DNA from: Thermodesulfobacteriota bacterium
Lineage (GTDB): Bacteria > Desulfobacterota_D > UBA1144 > Nemesobacterales > Nemesobacteraceae
NCBI GenBank assembly: GCA_965208155.1
Contig: OZ242322.1
Span: forward strand, 100,305 to 164,304
DNA length: 64,000 bases
Direction of reading: 5' to 3'
Shown here one piece after another: positions 32,590 to 41,535 of the stretch. The notes under the pieces are model-generated. The model worked only from the letters and a program-made list of their open reading frames with translations. It had not been told where the DNA came from and did no database searches. The translations under genes and the position numbers were made by a program. The first letter of the stretch is position 1; each line of letters starts with the position of its first letter.

Positions 32590-33899
32590 ATCATTTCTTC
32601 TGCGATTCTTACTTTGCCGGTAACAACATTTGAGATCAGGGACTGGCGATATTCTTTCAGGAGTTCAATACGCCTGGTTTCTTTTTCAATGAGAGAGTTG
32701 ATCTGTGAAATGTTCCTGTCAAGATAGCAAGAAATTGTGGTTTGTTCATTAAGAGACGGAAGTACAACTGGAAAATTGGAAAGACTGTCAGCAGATAATT
32801 CTAAAAATGTAGTTCCATTAGAAACAGAGTTGAGAGCATCCGTATTTACAAGAAGGTAGTAATATAGAAAATTTACGTCCAGATTCTCACGAACACAAAG
32901 AGACTTGCATCCTTGATTGGTCGCAAAATCTACTTTGGAAATACCAACTTTCCCAACAGGAGCTCTAGTGGAGAGAACAAGTGAATCTGGCTTAACCAAA
33001 TTGCATCCACAACTTTTTAATCCCAATTCGGTAATTTTTCTTGTTGATTGATTAAGATATTTTATCGGTATTAATTCTAAATCAGAAGGTGTATACCAAT
33101 TGATTGATCCATTCCAGTATTTTTCAACTCTAGACTTGGGAGTTGAACCAGAGAAAATCGTCGCAATATACTTCATTGAAATTACCGTCCAATGGCTCGG
33201 AATCTCCCCCATCCACTCAATCCCGCTGTCTTTCATCTCGACATCAAGGTCTAAACCTTTCGTCACGCACTGATTGATCAAAGAGGTTCTCTGTTCTTTT
33301 AAGAGTTCTATTTTTCGGGAGATTTTCTCAATCAGGGAATCAATTTGTGAGGTTTGCTTGTCGAGGTATCGGGAAATGAAGGCTTGTTCTTGGAGCAGTG
33401 GAACCAAGACAGAATATCGACTTAAGAATGAAACTGATATTCCTTCCCTTTTATTATCTCCAACCAATCCTCTTAATGGTTTATACTGTGACTCCAAATA
33501 GTAAAACTGGTACTTTGGATCAATCGAATCTTTGAAAGAGATACCACACAAGGACTGATTACATGTTGTCTTTGTCTGCAAAATCCCTACAGTTCCCTTG
33601 GTCTTTCCCTGCCCATTAAGAGCCACCATAACGGTTCCAACATCAAGGAAGGGTGTACTAGAATTCTTCTGTCCTTTTTCGGTAATTCTTCCATCAATGT
33701 TTTTAATAATTCGTTTGTTTATTTCTCCAGAATTCATCCAAGGTATAGTTCCATTCTCCCAATAACTAGGCTCTCTCCGTGAAGGTGTGGAACCATTTGC
33801 TAGACTCCCATACTGATAAATCTTTCCGATGGACCAATGACTCGGAATCTTCCCAATCCACTCAACCCCGCTGTCTTTGTATTCAGGATATCTATTCAC
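32586..33899 (-). CDS. hsdS: Type I RM specificity subunit S
   Basis: Two TRDs each preceded by KDSG(V/I)EW.G.IPSHW; P...EQ conserved helices. Confidence 0.94.
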   Translation of the reverse strand: MNRYPEYKDSGVEWIGKIPSHWSIGKIYQYGSLANGSTPSRREPSYWENGTIPWMNSGEINKRIIKNIDGRITEKGQKNSSTPFLDVGTVMVALNGQGKTKGTVGILQTKTTCNQSLCGISFKDSIDPKYQFYYLESQYKPLRGLVGDNKREGISVSFLSRYSVLVPLLQEQAFISRYLDKQTSQIDSLIEKISRKIELLKEQRTSLINQCVTKGLDLDVEMKDSGIEWMGEIPSHWTVISMKYIATIFSGSTPKSRVEKYWNGSINWYTPSDLELIPIKYLNQSTRKITELGLKSCGCNLVKPDSLVLSTRAPVGKVGISKVDFATNQGCKSLCVRENLDVNFLYYYLLVNTDALNSVSNGTTFLELSADSLSNFPVVLPSLNEQTTISCYLDRNISQINSLIEKETRRIELLKEYRQSLISNVVTGKVRIAEEMI

Positions 33900-35604
33900 T
33901 GATTATCTCCATAGATAATTCCCTAATTTCATCATCAAGATATTTCAGATCTTGAGTGATTTCTCCGAGTGATCTCAACAGAGTGAATTTATAAAAATAC
34001 TTAGTAAAATTGATCTCATAACCAATCTTATCTTTCGATCTGTCTATCCAAGAATCTGGGAGATGAGGTTGAACTTCTGTTCGGAAATATTCATCCACCT
34101 TCTGAGTTAAAGGCACCCGTTCACTGTCCCGTTTTTTAGAATCCGGTTTTGGACCACCTTTTTTGTCAATCTTGATATTGCCATTCTCAACCAATGGCTG
34201 TTCAACGGTGACCTTGGTATATCCAAAAAATTCATTGGAAAATATCTTACAAAAATCTCCCTCATCATTTGCTTGATAAATATCAAATAAGTACTGGATT
34301 TGATCATCCAATAAGTATTTGTTTTTGTTCCCAAGATTCTTTTTCATTGCAGTAAAAAATGATGTTCCATCGATAAGCTGAACTTTTCCTTTACGAGCTT
34401 CAGATTTCTTATTGGTGACAATCCAGATGTAAGTACTGATCCCTGTATTGAAAAACATCCGGTCAGGAAGAGAAACTATGCATTCAAGCCAGTCGTTTTC
34501 GATGATCCACTTGCGTATATCGGATTCACCGCTTCCGGCATCCCCTGTAAACAGAGGCGATCCATTAAAAACAATTCCTATGCGAGACCCCTCAGGATTC
34601 ATCTTGTGGATCAAGTGCTGAAGAAACAACAAAGACCCATCTGAAACTCTAGGGGTTCCAACAAAGAACCTGCCGTTAGGATCTTTCTTTTCTTCCTCGA
34701 CAAAACTTCTTTCGCTTTTCCAGCTCACACCGAAAGGCGGATTGGTAATCATGTAGTCAAATCTGCGACCCTGGAAACGATCATCCGAAATAGATGAGCA
34801 CGGACCGTGGATATTGTCAGGATTATCATTCATCATCAGAAAATCTGATTTGCAGATTGAATAGGTCACATCATTTAGTTCCTGTCCGTACAGATCGATT
34901 TTCAGGTCAGGATTTATATTTTCGTGAACCCACTGCTTGCCGATAGTCAGCATGCCCCCGGTACCGCAGCAAGGATCAAAAACCGAGCGGATTTTCCCCT
35001 CACCCTGAAGATCTTCCCTGTTGCCCCCGAACACAAATGACACCAAGAGTTTTACCACGTCTCTGGGAGTGAAGTGATCGCCGCTTTCCTCGTTGGACAT
35101 CTCAGAGAATCTGCGCAGCAGTTCTTCATAAACCGAGCCCATCTGGTGGTTGTCAATAGCCTGGGGGTGAAGATCAAACTCGGTGAACTTGTCTATAAGA
35201 AGGTAAAGACGGTTGTTTTTGTGAAGTTTCTCAATCAGAGGACGAATAGAAAAGTTTTCTATGATATCGAGAACGTTTGCGGAATATCCCTGAATGTAGT
35301 TGTTAAAATTGATCAGCACATTGTTCGGATCGCTTTTAATTCGAGTCAGGTCATATTTGGAGTAGTTAAAAAACGGTAGTCCGACTTCTTTGCGTATGAC
35401 GGGAGACGGATCGGACAGTTTGTCCTTATAAGATTCGTAGAGTCTGTAAACTTCGTCTTTTTTTGGTTCCAGAACACAGTCAAGACGCCTCATGACAACA
35501 AACGGAAGAATAACCCGACCGTACTCGCTGGGTTTGAAAAGACCTCGGAGAACGTCATCGGCGGAAGACCATATAAGAGAAGAAAGGCTGTCCATGTTGT
35601 TCAT
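33892..35604 (-). CDS. hsdM: Type I RM N6-adenine methyltransferase subunit M
   Basis: HFTPRDVV, DPCCGTGGML, YGQELN, NPPF. Confidence 0.96.
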   Translation of the reverse strand: MNNMDSLSSLIWSSADDVLRGLFKPSEYGRVILPFVVMRRLDCVLEPKKDEVYRLYESYKDKLSDPSPVIRKEVGLPFFNYSKYDLTRIKSDPNNVLINFNNYIQGYSANVLDIIENFSIRPLIEKLHKNNRLYLLIDKFTEFDLHPQAIDNHQMGSVYEELLRRFSEMSNEESGDHFTPRDVVKLLVSFVFGGNREDLQGEGKIRSVFDPCCGTGGMLTIGKQWVHENINPDLKIDLYGQELNDVTYSICKSDFLMMNDNPDNIHGPCSSISDDRFQGRRFDYMITNPPFGVSWKSERSFVEEEKKDPNGRFFVGTPRVSDGSLLFLQHLIHKMNPEGSRIGIVFNGSPLFTGDAGSGESDIRKWIIENDWLECIVSLPDRMFFNTGISTYIWIVTNKKSEARKGKVQLIDGTSFFTAMKKNLGNKNKYLLDDQIQYLFDIYQANDEGDFCKIFSNEFFGYTKVTVEQPLVENGNIKIDKKGGPKPDSKKRDSERVPLTQKVDEYFRTEVQPHLPDSWIDRSKDKIGYEINFTKYFYKFTLLRSLGEITQDLKYLDDEIRELSMEIISE

Positions 35605-35694
35605 AGCTGAAAATTCTTGACCTTAACGCATGGCTTCTGAAGAGATCTAAAATTCCTGCAGTCTTTAGAATTCGCCACTTGGATTTTATGAGCT

Positions 35695-36099
35695 TCAGAC
35701 ATTCTCCAGCTTGATTCCAGCCTTTTCGTATGCTTCCTTTGGAGCTCTGTTTGCATCTAACCACATCTGAATCTCTGTCTTCGAGTATTCACCGAAAAAA
35801 TAATTTTGTTGGACTACGAAAAATCTCTTCTTTTTGTTTGTTCGATAAAGACTCTTTCCGAAATAATTGTGTATGCCCTCTATTCCTATTTTATGAATCA
35901 ATGTGCTCTCCCCGGTGTTGTATTCTTTCCCTCCCCATCTGAAAACCCAATTTCCATTTTCCTCACTTCCAAGTATAGGGCTTTTAGGCCTGAGAACAAC
36001 CTTCTTGGCGTTTCCTCTAATCACCCTCCTTACAGGCTTTACAGATGCAAGGATTGTATCAATGACTTGTAGAATTTTCCAAATCGAACTTATAGTCAC
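35695..36099 (-). CDS. Hypothetical protein (134 aa, AT-rich)
   Basis: ORF with AGAGGA RBS, co-oriented upstream of hsdM; family not recognised. Confidence 0.55.
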   Translation of the reverse strand: MTISSIWKILQVIDTILASVKPVRRVIRGNAKKVVLRPKSPILGSEENGNWVFRWGGKEYNTGESTLIHKIGIEGIHNYFGKSLYRTNKKKRFFVVQQNYFFGEYSKTEIQMWLDANRAPKEAYEKAGIKLENV

Positions 36100-36268
36100 T
36101 CACTTTCCTCTTAACTCACTGTTATAAACGGTATTCTCCCTCAGGAGAGATTCCGAATAGAATTTCTATTTTACCTTACATCGTCAACATCCCTATCTGT
36201 GATATGTAGGGGAATTGTGTTCCGTTTCGGAATTCCACCTAGACCTTGTTTGTTACCAGTAACCAATT

Positions 36269-38144
36269 GAGGCTGTAAAAGAATAATCTGGAATCTCTGC
36301 GGACAAGTCCAGTGAAATCAGTTCTTGTCCTACATAATCTTGTTTAACCCCTTCTACTCAAAAAATCTTCGGATTCTTCCCCAAAACACCGGATTTACGC
36401 TGCTTTTCCCCCATTCCTACCCCGTTCCCCCGCATTTCACCGTCCTTCGGGCGCAATGCTTAATAAAACCCTCCACTCCTACTATCTTCAGCACACGAGT
36501 GAAGTTGTATCCAAGCACCATCAAACTGAATTCCCCCCGACACTTCTCAAGCCCTCGCACCAAAAACCCGTAAGCTCCACTCCTGCTCTTTATTGTGCCG
36601 AACGGATGCTCGACCAAAGAACCCCGTTTTCTCATCTTCTCCCTCGCACCCTTCATCTTCTCAACATGACGCTCCATCACTTCTTCATGCTCCCATCTCA
36701 GTACTTCCCTCGTTCTTGCCTTCTCCCTAAGACACATCTCACGCAACGGACAATCATCACAATCTGCTTTCAAACTCCTGTATCGAACATAATTCTTTCC
36801 GTTCTGTTTCACCTTGCCCCTGGCACGAAGCTCCTTTCCCTCAGGACACCTGTAACTGTCACTGTCCGAATCATACGTGAATCTGTCTTTCCCTATACGA
36901 TCCTTTTTCTTCGATTTACCGCCCCTGTCTATTACGGGCACATACGCCGCAACTCCGCTCTCCTCGCATTCCTTAAGATGAGTGCCGTTGCAGTAACCCG
37001 CGTCGGCCAGCACCTCAAGCTCTTCGGTCTCAAGAGCTTCTTTCGCAATGTCAACCATGGGGACAAGCTGCTTCATATCGTTGCCGTCCTGAACAAGCTC
37101 CTGCCCTACCACAAGCTTGTTCTTTGAGTCCACCGTTATCTGCGCGTTATAACCCGCAACCGTTTTACCCCGTTTTGTCATCAATCTCGCATCTTTGTCC
37201 ACAGTGGATATCTGAGTATCCCCGCTACGCTTAAGCTCCCGCGCCATCTCCTGCGCCTCTGCCTGCTTCTCCTTTATCTTCTCAAGCTTCGCGGCTAACT
37301 CCTCGTCCTCTGTACTGCTCTGCTCCCCCTCACACGAATCCGCAAGTTCAACAGCTTGCTGGTACTCCTCCACCTTCTTCTCTATCTCCTCAAGCTCTTT
37401 GTCCAAAAACTTCTTCGTGCGGATTGTCGTCTTGTTCGCATCTGCCTTGATAAACGTACCGTCCACCGCTACTTGCTGTGCCCCGAAAAGATCAAGCTCC
37501 CTGCACAGTTTCACAAAGTCTCTGTTCATCTTCTTCAGCGCCTCGGAGTTCTCCCTTCGGAAAGATGCTATAGTAGCGTGTGAGGGACGGCTATCCTGGG
37601 TAAGCCAGATCATCTCCATATTACGCAAACACTCCTTGCTGAGCTTGCGGCTGCTGCATATTGAGTTTATGTATCCATAAAGATACATCTTGGCCAGCAC
37701 CACGGGATTATATGGAGGCTGCCCCGCAGAAGTTCTGCCATGCTCTGTGTGCTTGAACTCAAGCGCCCTCATATCAGCCCCTTCCACATAAGCGTCGATA
37801 GCGCGTACGGGGTGATTCTCTCCTATGTAGTCATCTATTTTGTTGGGTAGCAGCATCTGCTGTAAACGATTTTCTCTGCTTTGGTATTTACGACTGGTCA
37901 TTTGTCCCCTCTTCCAAAAGATGTTGATGTGGGTATTGTACCATGGAAAGGGGGTCTAATCAATACCTAAGTAACTGAAATAATGTAAATAATTGCTCCA
38001 AAAAAGACTCCTGAACAATTTTCCGGCCCAAGGTGGAGAATACAGACTCCAAGGGAGAAAAACTCTGTGATTGCCCTCTCTGGTCTGATTCTTAGGCCAA
38101 TCTTTTGAAATGAGCGTCAATCATGATAATACTTTTACAGTCTC
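36269..38144 (-). mobile_element. IS1182-family insertion sequence (1876 bp)
   Basis: Terminal IRs GAGGCTGTAAAAGAATAATC / GAGACTGTAAAAGTATTATC (17/20); AATT duplicated at 36265-36268 and 38145-38148. Confidence 0.9.
36417..37901 (-). CDS. IS1182-family DDE transposase
   Basis: GQPPYNP..LAKMYLYGY, VAVDGT, GYNAQ, LADAGY, VEHPFGTIK. Confidence 0.92.
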   Translation of the reverse strand: MTSRKYQSRENRLQQMLLPNKIDDYIGENHPVRAIDAYVEGADMRALEFKHTEHGRTSAGQPPYNPVVLAKMYLYGYINSICSSRKLSKECLRNMEMIWLTQDSRPSHATIASFRRENSEALKKMNRDFVKLCRELDLFGAQQVAVDGTFIKADANKTTIRTKKFLDKELEEIEKKVEEYQQAVELADSCEGEQSSTEDEELAAKLEKIKEKQAEAQEMARELKRSGDTQISTVDKDARLMTKRGKTVAGYNAQITVDSKNKLVVGQELVQDGNDMKQLVPMVDIAKEALETEELEVLADAGYCNGTHLKECEESGVAAYVPVIDRGGKSKKKDRIGKDRFTYDSDSDSYRCPEGKELRARGKVKQNGKNYVRYRSLKADCDDCPLREMCLREKARTREVLRWEHEEVMERHVEKMKGAREKMRKRGSLVEHPFGTIKSRSGAYGFLVRGLEKCRGEFSLMVLGYNFTRVLKIVGVEGFIKHCARRTVKCGGTG

Positions 38145-38170
38145 AATTGCGTGGGAGACAATGATACATG

Positions 38171-38680
38171 TCAGGTCCTCCTGAGAAACTCTTCGGTATA
38201 GAGCGTAAGGCGACGATCTATTTCCACTTTCGGGAGGCGGCAACGTGGATGCTGGGAAATAGTTGTAAGACCGCTATACAGTTCCTTTGCGGTTGCTGTT
38301 CCGACAGAGTGGATCTCATCCAGCACCCAAAGCACTCCATGACACTCAATTGCCTCTTTGATCGCAAGCTGGCGAAGTACACTGTCGGCGGTGAGAAGTG
38401 TCCATTCATGTGATTTAGCAAGAGCAAGGGCAAAACTGTCCGGCAGAGACAAAGCAGGAGCCCTGCGCCTGTACTCAAGAGCACCCATGACGTCATCACT
38501 ATCCAGGTCTTCAACAATAAGGCCAAGACTTATCAATTCATCCCCTCCATAACCCTTCAATTCCTGCTCATAGAGCAGATCGGGTACAGCGAACTTGAAA
38601 GGAAGCTGAAAACAGGCATCCAGAAACAAGCCGAGCTCAAGATCAACCAAGACGGAGGTATCCGACACCAAAACTCTCAT
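38171..38680 (-). CDS. PIN-domain protein (putative toxin/RNase)
   Basis: LVSDTSVLVDL...LSLPDSFALALA...LLTAD..LR PIN pattern. Confidence 0.8.
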   Translation of the reverse strand: MRVLVSDTSVLVDLELGLFLDACFQLPFKFAVPDLLYEQELKGYGGDELISLGLIVEDLDSDDVMGALEYRRRAPALSLPDSFALALAKSHEWTLLTADSVLRQLAIKEAIECHGVLWVLDEIHSVGTATAKELYSGLTTISQHPRCRLPKVEIDRRLTLYTEEFLRRT

Positions 38681-38684
38681 CCGA

Positions 38685-39773
38685 TCAATGCTTCGGCGCT
38701 TCAGGTTTGAAAGTCGAAGCAACCTCTTCCATGCTCCAGTTTAATTCACGCACCGGGAGACCAAGCAATTCCGCGGCCTTCGACTCGGAAATCACCTCTT
38801 CGGCAAGCGCGCGGAACGTGAGGCGTCTGAAGCGCGTTGGCTCCTCACCTGGAAGGGCGCAGGGCTCTTTGCAGGGCGGCGTACGCCATCCCAGGCGGCC
38901 AAACTCATGGAAGAGGCTCTGGAACAGAGACTCACTGAATATGCCGAGATCCTTGCAGCGATAGGTAATTGCCTGAACGCTGGTACCAAAGAGTTGCTTC
39001 AGATAAAACAGTTCTCGACCGCCGATAAATGTACGACGCTTTCCTATCTCACCCCAGAGAGCTTCGGCAGGCATAAGAAAGGCTCCGGCAAAGCGATGCG
39101 CGGCCTTCTCGCTGTCAACCTTGGAAGACTCATCCATGACCATATGACCCAGTTCATGGGCCAGCGTGAAGCGTTGCCTTTCTCCCCAGTCCTCACGGTT
39201 AACAACAATAACAGGAACTGCTTTTCTGTGGGCACAACTAACGCGTGCCGTCAGACCGGATATATTCGTTAAAGCAAGAGAGAGAATCTTGATTCCCTGT
39301 TTCTCAAGAAGCTCGACCAGATTCGGAATCGGATCAGTTCCTAACCCCCAACACTCACGCAGACTGCAGGCCGCGCGGTCAGCCTCTGAGATGTCCTGAA
39401 CAAGAGGATAGGGAGCTTCCCGCGGCCTGTTCCACTCAACACTGCTAAGACTGAGCAACTCCTCAACCACCAGATACCGCTCCAGAAGATGCAGAACCCT
39501 GGCTTCGACGCGGGATTGCTCTCGCCTGCTTGTAATCTTCTTTTTCCTGAATTCGACCGCCTCAAGCACCATCTCCTGATCACCGACCAGGTAGTCCACC
39601 GATACATCCAGAGCATTAGCAAGCGCGATCAGAACACCTGAGCTCGGCATCGATTCGTCACGCTCATATTTCCCGATAGCCTGGGCCGTAACCAGGTTTT
39701 CAATTCTGTTTGCCAATCTCCTGAGAGATAATCCGGATGCGGCACGGGCAATCTTAAGTCTTCGTCCTATCAT
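38685..39773 (-). CDS. XRE HTH fused to ImmA/IrrE-family Zn metallopeptidase
   Basis: N-terminal HTH (RLKIARAASGLSL...AIGKYE); RQRFTLAHELGH; EKAAHRFAGAFLMP. Confidence 0.9.
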   Translation of the reverse strand: MIGRRLKIARAASGLSLRRLANRIENLVTAQAIGKYERDESMPSSGVLIALANALDVSVDYLVGDQEMVLEAVEFRKKKITSRREQSRVEARVLHLLERYLVVEELLSLSSVEWNRPREAPYPLVQDISEADRAACSLRECWGLGTDPIPNLVELLEKQGIKILSLALTNISGLTARVSCAHRKAVPVIVVNREDWGERQRFTLAHELGHMVMDESSKVDSEKAAHRFAGAFLMPAEALWGEIGKRRTFIGGRELFYLKQLFGTSVQAITYRCKDLGIFSESLFQSLFHEFGRLGWRTPPCKEPCALPGEEPTRFRRLTFRALAEEVISESKAAELLGLPVRELNWSMEEVASTFKPEAPKH

Positions 39774-39793
39774 CAAAGCTGACCTCAGCACTT

Positions 39794-39836
39794 GCAGTTT
39801 ACAAACATATATCAGATTTTGGATATTGTAAACTGC
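39794..39836 (-). promoter_or_regulatory. Promoter with perfect 11-bp inverted repeat (putative XRE operator)
   Basis: GCAGTTTACAA-N21-TTGTAAACTGC; minus strand reads TTTACA-N17-TATGTT inside it. Confidence 0.65.
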
Positions 39837-39858
39837 TATGTCAGGAACCTTTAAACTC

Positions 39859-39961
39859 ACCCGACTAAGAAAACCCGAAGAACATCGTCGGCGGAAGCTT
39901 GTATTATATAGAAGAAAGGCTGTTTGTGTTGTTCACAGCCGAAAATTCTTTTTTAAGCATG
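39859..39961 (-). pseudogene. Degenerate copy of the hsdM 5' end and upstream sequence
   Basis: 39879-39950 aligns to 35549-35618 (blocks 17/19 and 36/41 identical); reads GTG-NNTNSLSSI-stop versus MNNMDSLSSL. Confidence 0.8.
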
Positions 39962-40125
39962 CTGCTTTCAATGTGCCACATGTGCCAGGCGCAACCACAA
40001 CACCGGTTGGCGGAGTTTCATGGACACTTCTCAGTTGCCGAGTCGTAAAAGCGCTTTCCTTTTAATGCTGAGTAAAGCCTCTTAACTTTATGCGCAGTTT
40101 CCGATATTACTGGAAAACCCACCAA

Positions 40126-41382
40126 TTAAATTCGCTCCGCTTTTTTCGACCTGCCTTTCCAAAGAGACAAACAACACATTGAAAATATTATCAAAAACAG
40201 ATTGAATACAGCACTTCGAGAGTTGCCGCCAGACCCAGCAATCGCACATCCGTCGTTACCACTTGTATTATTTTCTTCAAGAGTGCCGTAAATACCGGAA
40301 CCGAAAATCAGAAGGTTCGGAAGCTGAGTGAATTCTACCGCTTCAACATAACTGATCTTCGGCGATCTGCCGGGAGACATACCAGGCACCTGAACATCGT
40401 CCTCTTCTATAAGAGGATTGTCCCACTTGTATTCAACAAAGTCTCCCGCTCCGTCTTCTCCCGCAACTTCAAGGATTTCCCGTCCGATGTCAACTCCATC
40501 TTCGTCAAGAACATTCTCAAAAGAATTGCCGGTTAACTCCGGATTGTTCCCGTTAAAAATCACCGTGGGGGCTCCTTGGGGCGGTTTGATCATGACAAAG
40601 ACGTATACAGGTCCTGAGTTCCACGTGCTTTCGCCGAAACATGCCATCTGGTTAATTACATATTGCGGCAGTGGCAGTTCTCCTGTCGGCGGGTTCTGGG
40701 TCAGCAAATCTCCAACCCTGTCAATCGCCGCTTTTACAAAACCCTTCTGGACTTCTCTGGCGCGCTCCGCACTTACATACTGGCTTGCGATTACATCATC
40801 GGCTGTTACCGCAGGCTCAACTTCCGGACACTCGCGTTTAACTACATGCTGACTATCGTGGTCAAGACCCGCGATCAGGACATTGGGCACTCCCCCGGCG
40901 AGCAGAGGTTTTATTAAAACAGCACAACTCCACTTTGAAGATCCATCCGGGTGAGTGTACTGGGTGCAGACCGGATCCGCATCAACACTTTGTCTGCGAA
41001 GTTTGCCGAGCATTCCTGCTACAACCGGATGGCGGCCCAGCGAAGCTCCATGAAAAGACTTTGTGTCCTTTCCATGATTCCAGATGAAACCGTCTTGGCG
41101 CATTACAATAAGGTAGACAGACCCGTCTATCCAGTCCCCTCCTTCATCCCTCATCTGCCTCAACAGCACCGAAGTCTCACCCGCGCCTTCTGCGGCAGCA
41201 ATATCCATATGATGTTTTGCGTGCAGCACAAAACTCTTCATTGTAGCCTCATCATTTTCCTCGGCCGCCTCCATTGCCGTTGTCTGGGTCTCATGTGCAT
41301 AAGACGAAACAGAAAAAGAAAAACCGATCAGTATCAACATAAGAACCAATACTGCCGTAAAGCTGTTGCCAAAATTCCTCAT
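40126..41382 (-). CDS. Exported tandem Cache-domain protein with C-terminal GCAIAG+TM anchor
   Basis: GGAGGAG RBS; SYA|H signal; FVLHAKHH; FVEYKWDNP...KISYV...FGSGIY. Confidence 0.75.
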   Translation of the reverse strand: MRNFGNSFTAVLVLMLILIGFSFSVSSYAHETQTTAMEAAEENDEATMKSFVLHAKHHMDIAAAEGAGETSVLLRQMRDEGGDWIDGSVYLIVMRQDGFIWNHGKDTKSFHGASLGRHPVVAGMLGKLRRQSVDADPVCTQYTHPDGSSKWSCAVLIKPLLAGGVPNVLIAGLDHDSQHVVKRECPEVEPAVTADDVIASQYVSAERAREVQKGFVKAAIDRVGDLLTQNPPTGELPLPQYVINQMACFGESTWNSGPVYVFVMIKPPQGAPTVIFNGNNPELTGNSFENVLDEDGVDIGREILEVAGEDGAGDFVEYKWDNPLIEEDDVQVPGMSPGRSPKISYVEAVEFTQLPNLLIFGSGIYGTLEENNTSGNDGCAIAGSGGNSRSAVFNLFLIIFSMCCLSLWKGRSKKAERI

Positions 41383-41535
41383 TGGATATCTCCTCCAATA
41401 ATTCCACAGACTGAAATTAGTCTGCGACAATGCACTTCTATATATCCGTCCCGCGGCCTGTTTAAAAATTCAGGTCCTGATTGTGCCCCCAAGAGCGCTT
41501 CGGACCAACCAAGTATTATACCCTCCAGTTTCATG

